Made by a program: the position numbers and the translations under genes. DNA of 64,000 nucleotides, taken from the NCBI RefSeq assembly GCF_009914755.1, contig NC_060925.1. One strand, given 5' to 3'. Shown here piece after piece: positions 14,326 through 28,956 of this stretch. This DNA is from the human T2T-CHM13v2.0 reference genome, Homo sapiens. How positions within the stretch are numbered: position 1 is the first letter of the stretch; the number at the start of each line of letters is the position of its first letter. The notes under the pieces were generated by a model. The model worked only from the letters and a program-made list of their open reading frames with translations, ran no database searches and was not told the origin of the DNA.

Positions 14326-14389
14326 TTTGTTCTTCTTCTTCTTATTATTTTCTTCTTCTTATTATTTTCTTATTATTATTATTTTTTTT
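14326..14389. repeat. (TTC)n/(TTA)n compound microsatellite
   Basis: ttcttcttcttcttattattttcttcttcttattattttcttattattattattttt. Confidence 0.85.
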
Positions 14390-15999
14390 GCAAAGGGGGG
14401 AATCAAAAGTAAGAATTGTCTGTGTCAAAACATATACAGACATACAGCAATGCTTTATATTTTTCAACTAACAATTTTTCAATCAGTAAGTAAAGATATT
14501 TAATTTACTTGTAAGATAACTAGAAATCCTAAGAGAATCATGTATAATTTTGGAAATTTCATTCTCATCAGTCAACAATAAAAAAAAACCAAGCCAATGT
14601 CTATATACACAAAAAATATACATGTCAGAATCAAGGTGCAAAGTTTGAAATATAACTCATTCATTAGTACCTCAGTTTACATTCATTATCCTGCAAGAGT
14701 TAATTCAACAATGATGTTGTTGAAATCTGGTACTTGGACATTGAAAAAAAAATTGGCTCAGTAAATATTAGATAATATAAGTTTATGTTTTGTAATTGTT
14801 TATTGATGTCTATCTCTTGCTTTCTTTATAACTCCAAATCTCTTTTACATCCTTCCTGCCAGGCCACTTCATGCAGGTAGGGAAGAGGATCTCAGCAATG
14901 GAGGCTCTGGGGTTCCATAAGTAACCTAAGGGAAATGAAAATGTAAAAGCAGGTCAAAGTGTGGCTTGTATGTGCTCTGCTGGTGCCTTAAGCACTGGGA
15001 GAATCTGGAAAATTATTTAACTTTTTGGTCAGACTATACTCAGTTGATTAACATTGGTTGATAGATTATTATTAGTAACAGCAAATAACACTTGGAAATG
15101 GAGGGCTACTTTTCTTTCCATATCTGACTTTTTCTGATCCACTGGAGTAACCCACATGAAAGTGAAAACCCCTAGTTTTGCTTCTGTACCTTTTATTTCA
15201 GGGCAGAGGAATTATTTTCTAAGAAATTCCTTTTATTTGAATTTGTAAATTTCTATTTCAAAAAACAATAGTTTTCATTTTTCTTTGAAATATCAAACAT
15301 GTTGCTCACTGAACCTTGCTTCAAACTATCAGGAAATACTTTGTTAGAAAGTAGGGAGGATTAAAAAGCCATTAATTTTAGATGAATGAAGATTATACAA
15401 GACAGTCTTGTGATAGGAAGTCTTCATAAAATATTAAAAATACAGGAAGATGTTTTTATCAAGTAAGTTTTCTATTGCTCATGTTTCTTAGCTTTCTTAA
15501 AGGAATTTTGGGCAGGCCTTAAATTGGCGAGTTTTTTCATTCATTTATGCTTAAAAGATGTTAGTTTCTTTGAGTGAATTCATTGCAAATAGTCACAGGC
15601 ATTGCATTCCAAGGAAGAATCTGCTGTAGCAGAACTAGATTTGACAGAATATACTTTGTAGCTTACTTTGTGGGAAAAATTATGAAGATTTTTACAGATA
15701 TTAAAATAAGTAAAAGAATAAGAAACAAAACATATATATATATATATTTTTAAGAATTGCCCAAGCTTCCAAGTAATATAGTTAAAGCTTTTCACCCTTA
15801 AGAATTTAATGACTCTGGTATTCTCTTTCATAGCTCATTTCTCAAGCAGTCCATTTTTGGGGTATAACTATAAAGTGTTTATAAATAAATATGATGAAAG
15901 TTACCACATAGTTACTACATTTTTGAAGCTGACCTGTAAAGGCAGAAGCAAAATCTTAGCCTTTGCAATTTACAAAACAAAGCCCACTAAATGCACTTA

Positions 16000-16480
<481 letters not shown>

Positions 16481-17034
16481 AGCTACCATCAACAGAATCC
16501 ATTTCCTCTGGGGTTTGTGTAAGTATAATCAGCTACTCTTTATCTTTCATTAAAAAAAAAAAATACACCTTTAAATGGAGGTCTGCCAAAGTGCACATTT
16601 CAAACACCAAACTTAATATCTACAGATTTCTCTGGGCAAGGACAGAGTGCTTTTAGGAAGAACATGAAAATAAAGTCTGCAAATAATTTTCCAGATGATC
16701 ATATTGAGAGTAGGAGATAATTTTTTTTTTTAGAAAGTAACCTAAAATTAGCATCATTGCTTTAAAAATATAGTCAAAGATTAATAGCTACTGCTTGTGG
16801 CAAACATTACCTTTAGGCATCTTACACCTGAACAGACAGAAAAGAGAAAAGACAGCCTTGCAGAAAAACTTCTGTTACAGAAATTTTATATGTGTTTCCA
16901 GTTTTGCTTTTGAGAATGAAGGCTTTGCTTCGTAGGTGTTCAGTCACACAGGAAACTCAGTTAACTCTATTTTCAGTTTGTGAGGAATGACGGACTGATA
17001 TGGAAAGTCTGTATCTTGAGAGAACATGTGATTT

Positions 17035-17210
17035 AGTATAAAGGGCACAGGACTTGGACTCAGGAAGTCTGGGATCTAGTATTTGTTCTCCTCTAGTTAG
17101 CCATATGACTGGCCGGTGACAAGATTCCTTGGCTTCAGTTTTTTCTACAATATAAGGATGTTGGAAAATATGCTCTCCAAGGTCCCTTCCAGCTCTCAAA
17201 TTCAATGATC
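17035..17210 (+). mobile_element. MIR/MIR3
   Basis: ggacttggactcaggaagtctgggatctag...cttcagttttttctacaatataagg...ctccaaggtcccttccagctctcaaattc. Confidence 0.65.
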
Positions 17211-18469
17211 TGTTTATTAGATTACATTAGCAAGTGTGGTATATAGAATCCAGGGTTTATGGGTAACTTTATTATATTGTTTTCATAAATACTATAAATT
17301 TTCCACATCCAAATCTCAGGTTCCAAATGAAAGAAATCAGAGGTCTTTGTCTTATCCAATATATGTGTTTTAAAGTAAAAATATAAAGAGAAGACACAAA
17401 ACAAAATATGGATGAATGAAAATTAAATGAAAAGAAATTGGTTACAAAAAGGAAAAGTATTGTTTTGATTTCTTAGGAGAATTCTGGACTTGTTTGTATT
17501 TGGAATCTTCAGCCAAAGATATATATTTTTCTTAAATAGTTTTGGCAGGAGAAATAAATAAAATGTCCTTAATAAAACTGAAAGAGATACATATTTATAG
17601 TGTGTGTATATTTTACTTTCAAAAACAGCTTTAAACTGGGGTGGATGCTAAAAGACTCCTCAAATCTTCCTTGCAACTATTAGCTTAGAATCCAGGCCAT
17701 TTTTTTTTTTCAAAATATATCCAAATGACTTTAATCAACTCTTATTTTTTAACCACAGTGCCCACAAAACCAAATATTATTACTTTTCTATTCTTTCAAA
17801 AATCATGCCATATGAAAAACCAATAAAGGCACAATATTTTATGTATTAAACTTAGCAGAAAGCCCTGTGAAATTTTACATTAGTATTACAATGTGTTAAT
17901 GACAAAAAGCAAAGTGGATTTACAAATCTAATGTTGAAAAATACACCTGGAACTCTATCTTACTTTAATAAAGAAGGGGGGTGTCTTTTCAAGAGCTTAA
18001 TTTCCAAAATTGAAAGAAAATATACATATAATTACTAGATAATTTAAGAAATGAGGTGGCAGATGGTAATTATACTTATTATTGAGCTATCAGCCTACAA
18101 AATAGTAGCATTTTTAGAAGAATATAAGATTGAATGTCAGGGGAAAACAGTGCTCTGATTTGCAAATTATAAAGAAAGGAAGAAATAGAGAAAAACAATA
18201 CAAATGGAATGCTTCTTGTAATTTTCCAGAGATGCAAATTACTACACTAAAGAATTGAAGTAGAACAATGGTAAAAGTTTATGATTCGGCGATGTTTATG
18301 AACAACATAGAAGCTAAACTGTGTTGTTTTTAGAACAGGTTTAAATGATACACATTGAAGTAGAAAAGCTCAAATTACAATAATTATTAGTTGTGGGAAA
18401 TTAAAACAGCTGCAATTTGCAAAGAGCTAAATAGTTTGCAGTACTCTCATAGTCTACTGAAGTGATATC

Positions 18470-19160
18470 CATTTGAAAAGTTGAGTCCTAGTTTGTAAGT
18501 GGGAGAAAGGATTAGTCTATTGAGAAGTAGCGGACTGTGTTTAGGGCAAGCAACCCAGTAGTTGCAGAAGTTCCACAAGCATAGTGTGAATGGTAATGAT
18601 ATTACCACTGGCAATGAGATGAAGCTGGAAATGCTGGCTGTGACCAGCTCAGGGCTTCAGGGTCACCCAAAAGTGTTTGGACTTTATCTTCTATGTAATT
18701 CAAGAGTTTAAAGCAAAGCAGTAAGATCATTAGTTTTATGTTGTGAATCATTGCTTAGTCATTTTTATGATGCAGGATAGGCAGGCAGGGGCTGCAGAGA
18801 GTGCAAAGCATATCAGAGACAAGAAGGTCACTTAGAGGTATATTCTCACGGTTTGGGCAAGAGATGATGAGGTCCTGAAATAATAAACTGTCAGTGAGGT
18901 TCAAAAGGATGAATTCCATAAAGGTCTGCACAACAATTGGCAGTCCTTAGTGACTGAATAAATGTGACGCAGTGGAAATTACCTGGGAGAACGTTTAGTT
19001 TGGGGGTTTGGATGATGAGCGTCAATCATCAGAATAAGATACACAGGTAGAAGCATAACTTTATGAAGAAGATAGAATTTATTGTCAGCTGATATGCATT
19101 ACCTGTAGTACAGAGGGTCACTGGATGATAATGTGCCCCACACTTAGAGTTCAGAAAAGA
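18470..19160 (-). mobile_element. Degenerate L2 fragment
   Basis: agatgaagctggaaa...gtttggactttatct...gcaagagatgatgaggtcctgaa are typical reverse L2 motifs. Confidence 0.55.
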
Positions 19161-21027
19161 ATTAATTTCCCTAGGCTGCAACAACTTAATGGACTAGTGA
19201 GAATAATGTGTCCTACATGTATGAAAAAAATGGTCAACGTAAAAATGCAGTTTTAAAACTACCACAATTTTCATTTATTCAATTCATGGTAAACTATAAA
19301 CTTAATTACTTATACAGTCCTTCAAAATAACAAACCAAAATCTATCACTAGTAAATAGTGAAATATTACTAAATCTAATAATCTCACAAAAAATGTGACC
19401 TGACTACACACTTATTTTCTTTGTGGAATTTCATAGTGGATCAATAACTATATAACCTACAATTGTGCATTATTGCTCATGGAATGCTGAAAGCTATTGA
19501 TTAATATATTTATTCATTAGATTTTTTATAGTAGCCTGTCCTTTTTATTACCCAGAGAGTATATTTCATGATAGACTTATATAGTAAATAATAAATAAGC
19601 AAATAAATATTGAGTGAGAATGACTCATAGGTAATTTATATAATATTAGCATGTTCTGTCATTAGAATTTTATTTTTTTCTTTTATTTGTAGAACAAAAG
19701 TTAAATGTTGTTTTAATGACCCTACACAGACATATAATCATATATATTTCCTAGTTTGGGACTGTATGTATGGTAGATGTGGGAAGGTTTCTAGAAGACA
19801 CAACCTAGGTAGATATGAAAAATCAAATACATGAAAAAAACCTGATGACCACATAAAATATGGTAGAAAATAAACAGTTAATGAGGTAATTGTGACCTAA
19901 AAGTTTGACTTTAGGTAAAATGAGAAGAGACTTAGATTGCTTGCTAAACAGTAGAAGCTTTAAGAAGAAATAGTGTACTCATACTTTATTTTTATTATTT
20001 AAAACAAAATTTAAATTTGTAAATGGCTTCAGGCAGAGGGGAAAGTGGCTTATTAGATATAGTTGTAAAGGTACAAATACAGGGCTGAAGAAATTATTGA
20101 AGAAGGAGGAGGAGAAGAAAAAAAGAGATAAGAAGGAGGACAGCAATTGGGTAGAACATCGAAAAATGAACTGTATTGACTGATTAAACCAGAGTGACCT
20201 CTAGAAAAAAACAGTGGGCTCTTGTTAGCAAGTTAAGTAGGAAAAATAGGAAGAGTAACATAAAATAGAAGAAGGTGGAAGACAGAGTACTTGTGTTGAA
20301 ATCACTTGGGGAATGCTGGATACCCTGGATGGGGTGTGGTTTGAGAGTGACCAGGTACATAAACCGCTCTCCACCCTCTGTGGCACCTTAAAAGCAGTTT
20401 AGTGGATAGTCCTCCAGATTCTTCCACTTACTAGAAAGATACCATTGACTAAGTAAGTCTCTCAGTCTCCATTTTATTATCTGTAAAATGAAGATAGAAG
20501 CACCAATGTGAAATGGTTATTTGAGAGACTGAATGAGATGACATATTTTGAAAGTGTCTATAGTATGTCAAATGCAAAATAAATGGCAACCCTATTTTTG
20601 ACAAGAAATACCACGATTTGAGCCAGCCAAAAGGAACAGACCAGCTGAAGGAACAATCAGGCCTAGAGAAGGTGGAAAGTTTTGCAGCTTTGCAAAGGGG
20701 TAGCTGAGTGCAGCTTGGAGTATATGCTGTCTTGCAATTCAGTCACCTTGGGTGAAGAGAATAATACAACTTTGCTGGATGACACCATCAGTCTGTGGCT
20801 CTGGGGCTAATAGTCCAATTCAAAGTAGAGGAAAGGGACTGATTGCTATTTTTGCTTCCCTCTTCATTGAAAAGTCGAGGTAACTACTAGAAAACTTCCA
20901 TAAGGTCCCATTACCATATCTGCTTACTTCCTCACCTGTGCCCACATAGTGTACCTTCCTTTTGGTTGCCATGGATAAATTGATTGTGTTCCTAGATAAG
21001 GCAGAGCTCTCCTCTGTGCAATAAATC

Positions 21028-21207
21028 AGTTGTTTTGGACAATCATGCATAAGAATTACTTGCAAGCCTGTTAAGACCCAAATTTCCAGGTCTCACCTGA
21101 GTCTGATTTAGCTTTAGGACAGGACAAAATAGTTTGCTTTTCTAACAAGCTCCCAGATGATGCTGATGCTGCAATTCTTGGCCCACCCTTTGAGTAGACA
21201 GCCCTAG
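21028..21207 (+). mobile_element. MER5A
   Basis: tttctaacaagctcccagatgatgctgatgctg...caccctttgagtag. Confidence 0.75.
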
Positions 21208-21209
21208 GT

Positions 21210-22828
21210 TATATCTCTCTCACCTACTCAAAGACAACTCTTATTTCCTCTTTTTCCAACGTCGATAAATTTTCCCTCTTTAGCAGATCATTCCCAGCAT
21301 CATAAATACCACCATACTTTTCCTACTTTAAATGCAAACAAACAAACTTTCTTGATCTTATTTTCTCTCCAGGAATTCCACCATTTCTCACTCTCCCTTT
21401 ACAGCATACCCTCTGAAAGAATTGTTTATACTTACCATCTTCAATTTCTCTCTTCCTAATTGCATTTTTGTTTACACTTCTCCACTCTGCTGACACTGCT
21501 TTCATCAGGCTACCAGTTACCCCTAGATTGCTAATCTAGCAGTCAATTCTCAGTCCCCAACTTTCTTAACCTATGGGCAGCATTCATGTGAATTTACTTT
21601 CTCCTTTTTGAAATAGTTTTTTCACTTGGCTTCCAGGATGCCACACTCACTAGTCTTCCTCCAATTTTATGACCTCTCTTTCTTAGTGTCATTTGCTGAT
21701 TCTTCCTCATCTATATGCTAATGATTCCCAAATTCATTTTTTCCCAGCAGACCTCTCCTATCAATTCAGAACTGCATATCCAATTATCTACTTGACATCT
21801 CCACTTCAGTGTTTAACAGACATCTTAAATTGAGCACATTGAAAAAGTGAGATCCTGTTATGGCTCCCCAACCCCAGAAAAGAAAGCAAAACAAAAATAC
21901 ACCAAACAAATAAACAACAACAAAAATACACATGCAGCCATTCCTGCAATCTTCCCATTTCAGTTAACTGGCAACACTCTAGTTAAGTTGCTCAGGCCAA
22001 AAAGTCAAGTTTCAATCTTAATGTCTTTTCCTCCACATCTCTTATCAATTCAGTCAGCTAGTGTCTACTCTCAAAATATATCAACATTCAAGTATTTTGT
22101 ACCATCCCAGCTGCCACTGTGCTGCTTCAAGCCTCCATTGTCTTTTATCTGGATTGTTACAAAAGTCACGAGTTATTGACTTTGTATCACTTGTTACTTT
22201 GTACCATTTGTTACTGCTGCACACCAACATTATCTTCTTAAAATATAAATCAAATTATGTTATTCCAGTGCCTAGATTCCCATCTTTCTCATGGTGAAGG
22301 TCAAAATATTTAGCTTGCACTATAAAGTTCTACATAATCTGGCCTCCTCTTATCACTCTGATTTCATTTCTTTCAGCTCTCCCCTTTGTTAACTCCTCTG
22401 GAGGCACTCTGGCCCCCTGGCTGTTTCTCAGAGATGCAAGGCAATCTTTCACCTTAGGGACTTTGCACTTGCCCTTCTCTTGTGGAAATTACAATCTCTC
22501 AATATCTTCTCACTTCTTTTTCTCCTTCCTCCCAAGATCATCTCTCATAAGATCTTTTCTGGCCACACTATCTAAAATGTCTACTCTTGTCACCTGGTTG
22601 CTTTATATTGTCTTTTGCTGCTTTACTTTTTTTCTCCTTAGAACTAGGTAGCATGCTATATATTATATTTATACATCTTGCTTATTATGTTTTCTCCACT
22701 AGAAATCAAGCTCCATGAGGGAGAAATGATTCCTGGTTTCTTTACTGGGGTATTCTTAGCCTAGAAGAGTGTTTAGCACACAGTAGTTTCACAATAAATA
22801 TTTATGAGATAAATGGATAAATGAATAT
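21210..22828 (+). mobile_element. L2 (L2a-like) ~1.6 kb 3' portion
   Basis: cacttggcttccaggatgccacactc, ctacttgacatctccactt, tacataatctggcc, and terminal aagctccatgaggg...tagcacacagtag...aataaatatttatgagataaatggataaatgaat. Confidence 0.8.
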
Positions 22829-23269
22829 GTTACTATTTAATTTCTGGCCTGCTCTCAGATTAAAAAGGAAACCATTTTTAGTGTGAATATACAGTACAGC
22901 TTATTCTTGCAAAACAAACCAGTACAATGTATTCCAGTATTGTGTTTTGCATGTATGTTTTTATGTGTGCATGATGGACCTATACGTGGGTAATGGATAG
23001 TGAAAAGTATTGAAACATTATGCTTATAGTTACATGTATTTTTTCCTTCCATTTTTCACATGTAGAATGCAAGCACTTTTGGTCTAAGCCAAGAAGTACT
23101 AACTCCAACTTTGATTCTGTCTTCTATTGATAAGCTTCACGGGTCACTGGAACCCTACATAAATATGGAAGCAATCTTTTCTTCTTCTTGCCTTTGGCTA
23201 GCCAAATTTTTCTCTAATAGCATAGGGGTGGCAGAAGGGACGTATGGTATGTAGAGAATATTTTTAAAA

Positions 23270-23348
23270 AACCATTTCACTATCTATATGTATATCAAGT
23301 ATCATGTTGTACACCCTCAATAAATATGATAAAATTTAAAAAGAAAAG
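23270..23348 (+). mobile_element. Short L1MA-type 3' end fragment
   Basis: accatttcactatctatatgtatatcaagtatcatgttgtacacc followed by an A-rich tail. Confidence 0.6.
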
Positions 23349-23984
23349 ACAGATTTAAAAAAAAATGGTTTAGAGAAGATAGAGATCTGAGTCTCCTTTC
23401 ACCCAAATCTCCTTCAATTTGGCCCTTGGCAACCAATTAGGGACCATTTGTAGGTCCTAGAATCAGTGCTTTGCCATTTTTGCCTTGAGGTTTCAATATT
23501 GTCTTAAAAGTACTCACTAATGAAAGAATGAATTTAGAATGAAAAACATTTGCAAAGTTCTTTAAAGGAAGGATTTCTGTCTTCTCATCTTTGCCTTCAT
23601 CTGTGAAGCTGACTGATGCTCTATAAGCCCGGGGGATCCTCCGTTGGCAGCTGTTGTTGCTACTTCAAAGGAGAAAAAATGGATGTGTGGGAGAGAAATA
23701 TATTCAGGGCAAACATTTTTTTTTCTCTTTCTACTCAAAATTGAAGAAGTGGGAAAATATAAATCCAGGATTAGTCCAGAAATAAAAACGAAGAATGCAG
23801 AGTGGTGTGACAGAAACCTTCAGCTTAGTCACTACCTTGCTTTGGGTCTTAGGTTCTTCAAATAGGAAATAAAGATATTAAACAAAATTTCCTATCTAGC
23901 CCCTTTCATGATATAGTGCCACTCTTAAGAGCTCAGTCTTTATCCCTGCAGTCTCACGTGTACCCTTTCACTCCCTGTTCTGGC

Positions 23985-24160
23985 ACTAGTAGATGACTAG
24001 CCATGTGACCTCCCAGAGCTGTGGTGTTCTCATGTGTAAATTGGGGATGATAAGAGATACTCTTTGGTATTTGTGAGGATAAAATAAACTGCTACATAGA
24101 AAGCCCTGTTATAGGGCCTGGAACATGATCAGTGCTCAATCAATGTTTGCCATCACTATG
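23985..24160 (+). mobile_element. MIR
   Basis: tgtgacc...tctcatgtgtaaattggggatgata...gtgaggataaaataa...gtgctcaatcaatgtt. Confidence 0.7.
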
Positions 24161-24384
24161 CAAAAGAAATGTATGCATCTTCTACCCATCTTCATGGAAG
24201 AAAGCATAAGCACAAATGTTAGTGACAAGCGAAGTTCATCAAACTTTGGAGTAAATTAACAATATAAAATTTATCTTTAGAGTTTAAATATTCATCTTTC
24301 TAATATGGTTTGTTCATATGGATTGACTTCAAACATTCTAGAAAGTATATAAAATGTGCCTGTCCTATGTTTTATTGAGAAGCT

Positions 24385-24620
24385 TCCTTATTTAAGCCTG
24401 TCAGCCAGGCACTATTCTAAGAACTTTACATGTATGAAGTCGTTTAATCCTCAGACAAACCCGATGAGGTAGTATTGCTATCGTAACCAGTTTATAGTTA
24501 AGGAACAGAGACACTGAGAGGTGAAATATGTTCGCTGAAGTCACACAGCTAATAAATGACAGGGCCAGTATATGAACCCCCATAGTCAGATCCCAGATAG
24601 TGTGTTGTTAGTTATGCTAT
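24385..24620 (-). mobile_element. MIR
   Basis: ccaggcactattctaagaactttacatgt...tttaatcctca...aaggaacagagacactgagaggtgaa...aagtcacacagcta. Confidence 0.75.
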
Positions 24621-26764
24621 CTCACTGTGTCTCATACACACACTCACCTCATAGGTATGCAAAAAAATAGCCAATATTGATTTCAAATTTAGTCTTTTTA
24701 AAACAATTAGAATTATGTGGGTGAAGCATTATAGGTTAGTTATTTGCATGCTTTATCAGTGAGTGCTAAAAGCTAAGCACAAAAATTAAAAGCAACATGT
24801 CTTCACTTATTGAGTTTATCTTTGAATGTGATGGAGCAAAGCTCTCACCAGGGAGGCATTGACACTCAGGTAAGGGCTTGGTCCCCCTGCTTTATTTTCA
24901 CTGCAATCTATTTTCAGACTTTTCTAATTCACCCAACTCACTAGGGCAGACTGAAGTGTTAAATTATTGCCAAAAGCTTTTCTGGAAGAAATTGTTTAGA
25001 AAGATAAATTTTAAGGAGATTGGGAAATTGCCTGGTGATCAGAAAGGAGACTGTTTCAGTGGTTGTGTGAAAGAACAAAATTGGATCTTCAAATGTGCAA
25101 TTTTCTGAAAAGTTGTTATGAGTTGTTTCATAAAGCTTATCTCCCTCATGGCATATAAAATGTATGTTTAACAGGTACCAAAAATCTGGTGGTAGTAAAC
25201 AACCCCAAACATCAAAGTATGAAAGAAGATTACATCTGTAGTCTGCTTTTTAACAAATTCATGCAAATAGGAGATCTGCAGAGTAGGGTTTTATGTAGCA
25301 GCATAGTTACACTGTTTGTCATCATTGTCCTCTCATCAATATGTGTAGTAAAGGTTATTTTGTGTTTTGAAAGCTCTAGGCAGACAAATACGGTTAAATA
25401 TAAACCTCTAAAGATCTGGTGTTGAAATAAGTCAGGCACTATTTATCACTGAAAGCATCCTAAGAGTTATACAGTTTTATGAGAGGTTGACGGAAACAGT
25501 TAAGTCTGGTTCATTAAAATAACCACCACATAGATGAAGCCATATAAACCCTTTACTTCATTAAATTGCGCTTTTTGGCTTCAATGCAATTAAACACTTT
25601 TAACCTTATAAAAACTGTTTCAGGAGGACATAAGTAACTCAATTGAAAAACAACTCCCTTTGCAAATACTCATCTGAAAAGAGACCAGTGACTTACGTCT
25701 GAACATAGCAATAGATAAGTAAAGGAAAAAAATGTTGATAAAGGTTGTCTCTTGTTATTGAAATCAAATAGCTGATTTTTTTCTGCTACTTAATATTTTT
25801 TTGTTCTCTCCACATTTTCCAGCTTAATTATGTATTATTTTCTGTTGTCAGAAAAACATAAACAGAAGTATGTTATGTCTCTCTCACTGACCTTTAAAGG
25901 CACTGGTCTATTAAACATTTATCAAGTGCATTCTTTGGGGCAGGAACTGTACTATTCTGAAAATTTAAGATTAATATGATACAGCCTTCTGAGTATTTCA
26001 TCAAACTGGGATTGTAACAGAATACAAGTGATTATGTATATTGGATTCAAATAGTTCCACACTTGTAAGTACCTATAGGGATATAATGGAGGAGAAAAAG
26101 AAGAGGGAATTAGTACCACATAGTGTAATGGTCAGGAAAGACCACAGTGGAAAAGATAATGCTTGAGTTAGTTTTATAAATTCAGATCTAAATTTCTAGT
26201 TCACTCAGAGAAACTGACAGTAAAATTTACTATGGGCCCTGAACACAAGATAAAATGTAAGTCATAGGGATCTTGGTCCTATACTCCAAAAGACATTTAT
26301 GTATGTTAGCTCTTTCTTTGTCAATGTACATCTGTTTCCCCAGTACTTTACATTTTCATCTCTCTTTTCATTAATAAAATAAAGTAGTGATATTTACCTA
26401 GAACATAATATAGGGCTACTGAATGTAAAGAGACTGTGAAAAGGAAGTAACTGTTGTCAGGAAAACAGTATTTTCCTTGGGAAGTATAACAGACACATAG
26501 AAATATCTGAGTTCTTGGAGAACCTTGCATTATCAAGAAAATAGATTCAAAATTACAAACAAACATTATTCAACAAGTAATTTGGATTATAAATTTACAC
26601 ATAATGAGTCATAATGTACAGAGCTAAAACTGTAAATCTAGTGTAGAGGCTTCTTATCAGGTCTCTGCAAAGAGACATATATACATTATATAAACATTGT
26701 AACGTGAGGAGTGTTAATATATTTACCATACTGAAAATGGATCAGCTTTGCAAAGCATTCCACC

Positions 26765-26920
26765 CGCTCCCCATGCTCTCCTTTCCCCCCTCTCCTTTCC
26801 CCTTCTCTCTTCCTGCCTTCCTTCTCTTACATTCTTACTTTCATCTGTCTTTCCTTCTTTTCTACCTCTTTGTCTCCTTTTCTTCCTTCCATATTTTCTC
26901 CTTTCTTCTCTTTCACTTTC
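26765..26920. repeat. Pyrimidine-rich (CT/CTT) low-complexity tract
   Basis: Near-continuous C/T sequence. Confidence 0.7.
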
Positions 26921-27499
26921 ACCAAACTTTATTGAGTCCTTTCTAGGTGTTCTGCACTGAAGTAGGATTTAAGTATGGTTTCCAAGAATTCCCCAGGTAA
27001 TTTTGATGTGCTCTCATTTTTAACCATTGCCTAGGCCGTATGGCTGCAATTTAAGCACAGATCATTGTAATATTTTGCACTTCATATTTGGAACATTTGA
27101 TTTACCTCTCCACTCATTCAACACTGTTTTAAAACAAAACAAAACAACTTTTTTCTTATCTGAACATTGAAAATGCATGTGTAGGTCACAATTTACATTT
27201 TATTGCAATCCATAAGGTTTTAAAGAAGTTATTGATCTTAAAACTGGAAACTCCTCATAACTGGTATTTCATAATCATAGTATATTATTCATGTGAACCT
27301 CATTAATAGCTTTTTCTTACAGGACTGGTTAATAAATATGTCAATGATAAAAAATAAATTTTCTCTCATATATTTTCCCTTTCAATAATATGTGTACTAA
27401 TATCTATTAAAGTATCCATATAAGTGAGTTAATATTTTTCTACCAAAAATATATGTAGAATTATTTGAGGAGCAAGGTCTGTTTCACAGTGAAACATGA

Positions 27500-28690
27500 A
27501 ACCTGCATTTATGCATTCAGGAAGGATTTATTGATCATCCTCTATATGCTAGACACTAAATGCTAGAGATCAGGAACTAATGCAATTAACTCTGACTCAA
27601 GATCTCCCATTCTAGTGGGATACTGACAGGAACAAGAAAGAAATATAGCTGTAAGTATAATTTCAATATAATGGGACCCATAATGTGTACAATGTGCAAT
27701 GGGTCATTGATATGGTTTGGATTTGTGTCCCCACCCAAATCTCGTATCAAATTGTAATTCTCAATGTTGGAGGAGGGGCCTGGTGGGAGGTGATTGAATC
27801 ATGAGGTGAATTTCCCCCTTGCTGTTCTTGTGATTGTGAGTTAGTTCTCACGAGATATGGTTGTTTAAAAGCATGTAGCACCTCCCTCTTCACTCTCTTC
27901 CTCCTGTGCCAGCCATGTAAGATGTGCCTGCTTTCCCTCTGCCTTCTACTATAATTGTAAGTTCTCTGAGGCCTCCCCAGCCATGCTTCCTGTACAGCCT
28001 GAAGAACTGTGAGTCAATTAAACCTCTTTTCTTTATAAATTACCCAGTCTCAGGTAGTTCTTTATAGCAATGTGGAACAGACTAATACAGTCATTAACTG
28101 TTAGTGATTAATTCCATTTGGGTGGGATAGAGGAGGCTTCAGAGGGATAGTGGATTTCCATGGCTTCAATAAATTTCCCAAGAAAATCAGGAAGGAAAGG
28201 CCATTTCAACACTGGTGACAGCATGTGAAAACTCATTTCTGAAGTGTGAAAGATCCCATGTTATTTAGGAGATCTGAGTAGCTTGCAGTGGGGGAAGTGA
28301 AAAATGCATGATAGGGGGAAGGAAGAGAGGAAATAGAGTTGGAAAGGTAGCAGGAAAAAGAGGTAGCAGAAACATGTAGCTCTCCAAAGAGAAGATTAAA
28401 CATTGCTACCACTATGTCTTTATGGAGTTTCAGGAAGAAACTGATGATACCAAACCAGTTTGTTATTTAGAGGAATATCATTCAGAAAAGATGCAATAAA
28501 TATTAGGGAGTGGGCGAGGAGTGAGAATGCCAGCTGAGAGAGTAGTTAGGCGGCCATTTCAGCGTCAGCATAAGAAATAACAGAAAGACTGGGGAAGAAT
28601 AAGACATGGGCTAGGCACATTACACAGGATTTTGTGAATAATTAGATGCAAAGACAAGAGAGAGAAACAAGACAAAAGCAGCCTCTAGAT
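27500..28690 (-). mobile_element. Degenerate L2 split by the MST LTR
   Basis: cattcagga...tttattgatcatcctctatatgctagacact and ctcccattctagtggga before the LTR; gaggaggcttcagagg...cagcatgtgaaa after it. Confidence 0.55.
27708..28089 (+). mobile_element. MST (MSTA-like) MaLR solo LTR
   Basis: tgatatggtttggatttgtgtccccacccaaatctc...ataaattacccagtctcaggtagttctttatagca...actaataca. TG...CA ends and a perfect 5 bp TSD GTCAT (27703-27707 / 28090-28094). Confidence 0.93.
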
Positions 28691-28706
28691 TTCACAAAAT
28701 ACAATA

Positions 28707-28924
28707 CAAGTTAAATGTCTCTTATTTGAAATGCTTGGGGACAGAAGTGTTTTGGATTTTGAAATATTTGCATTATACTTACTGATTGAGCATTTCTAAT
28801 CCAAAAATCCAAAATCCAAAATGCTCCAGTGATCATTTCCTTTGAGTGTCATGTTGGTATTCAAAATGTTTTGGATTTTGGAGCATTTCAGATGTAGATT
28901 TTCAGATTAGGAAAATTCAACCTA
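28707..28924 (+). mobile_element. Tigger4a (MER46A/Zombi-type) MITE
   Basis: Degenerate TIRs caagttaa... / ...ttcaaccta with TA flanks; internal aaatgcttgggg.cagaagtgttttggatttt and repeated ccaaaaatccaaaatccaaaatgctcc. Confidence 0.8.
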
Positions 28925-28956
28925 TATAACAGAAAGTGTTTAAGAATTGTCTAGGC

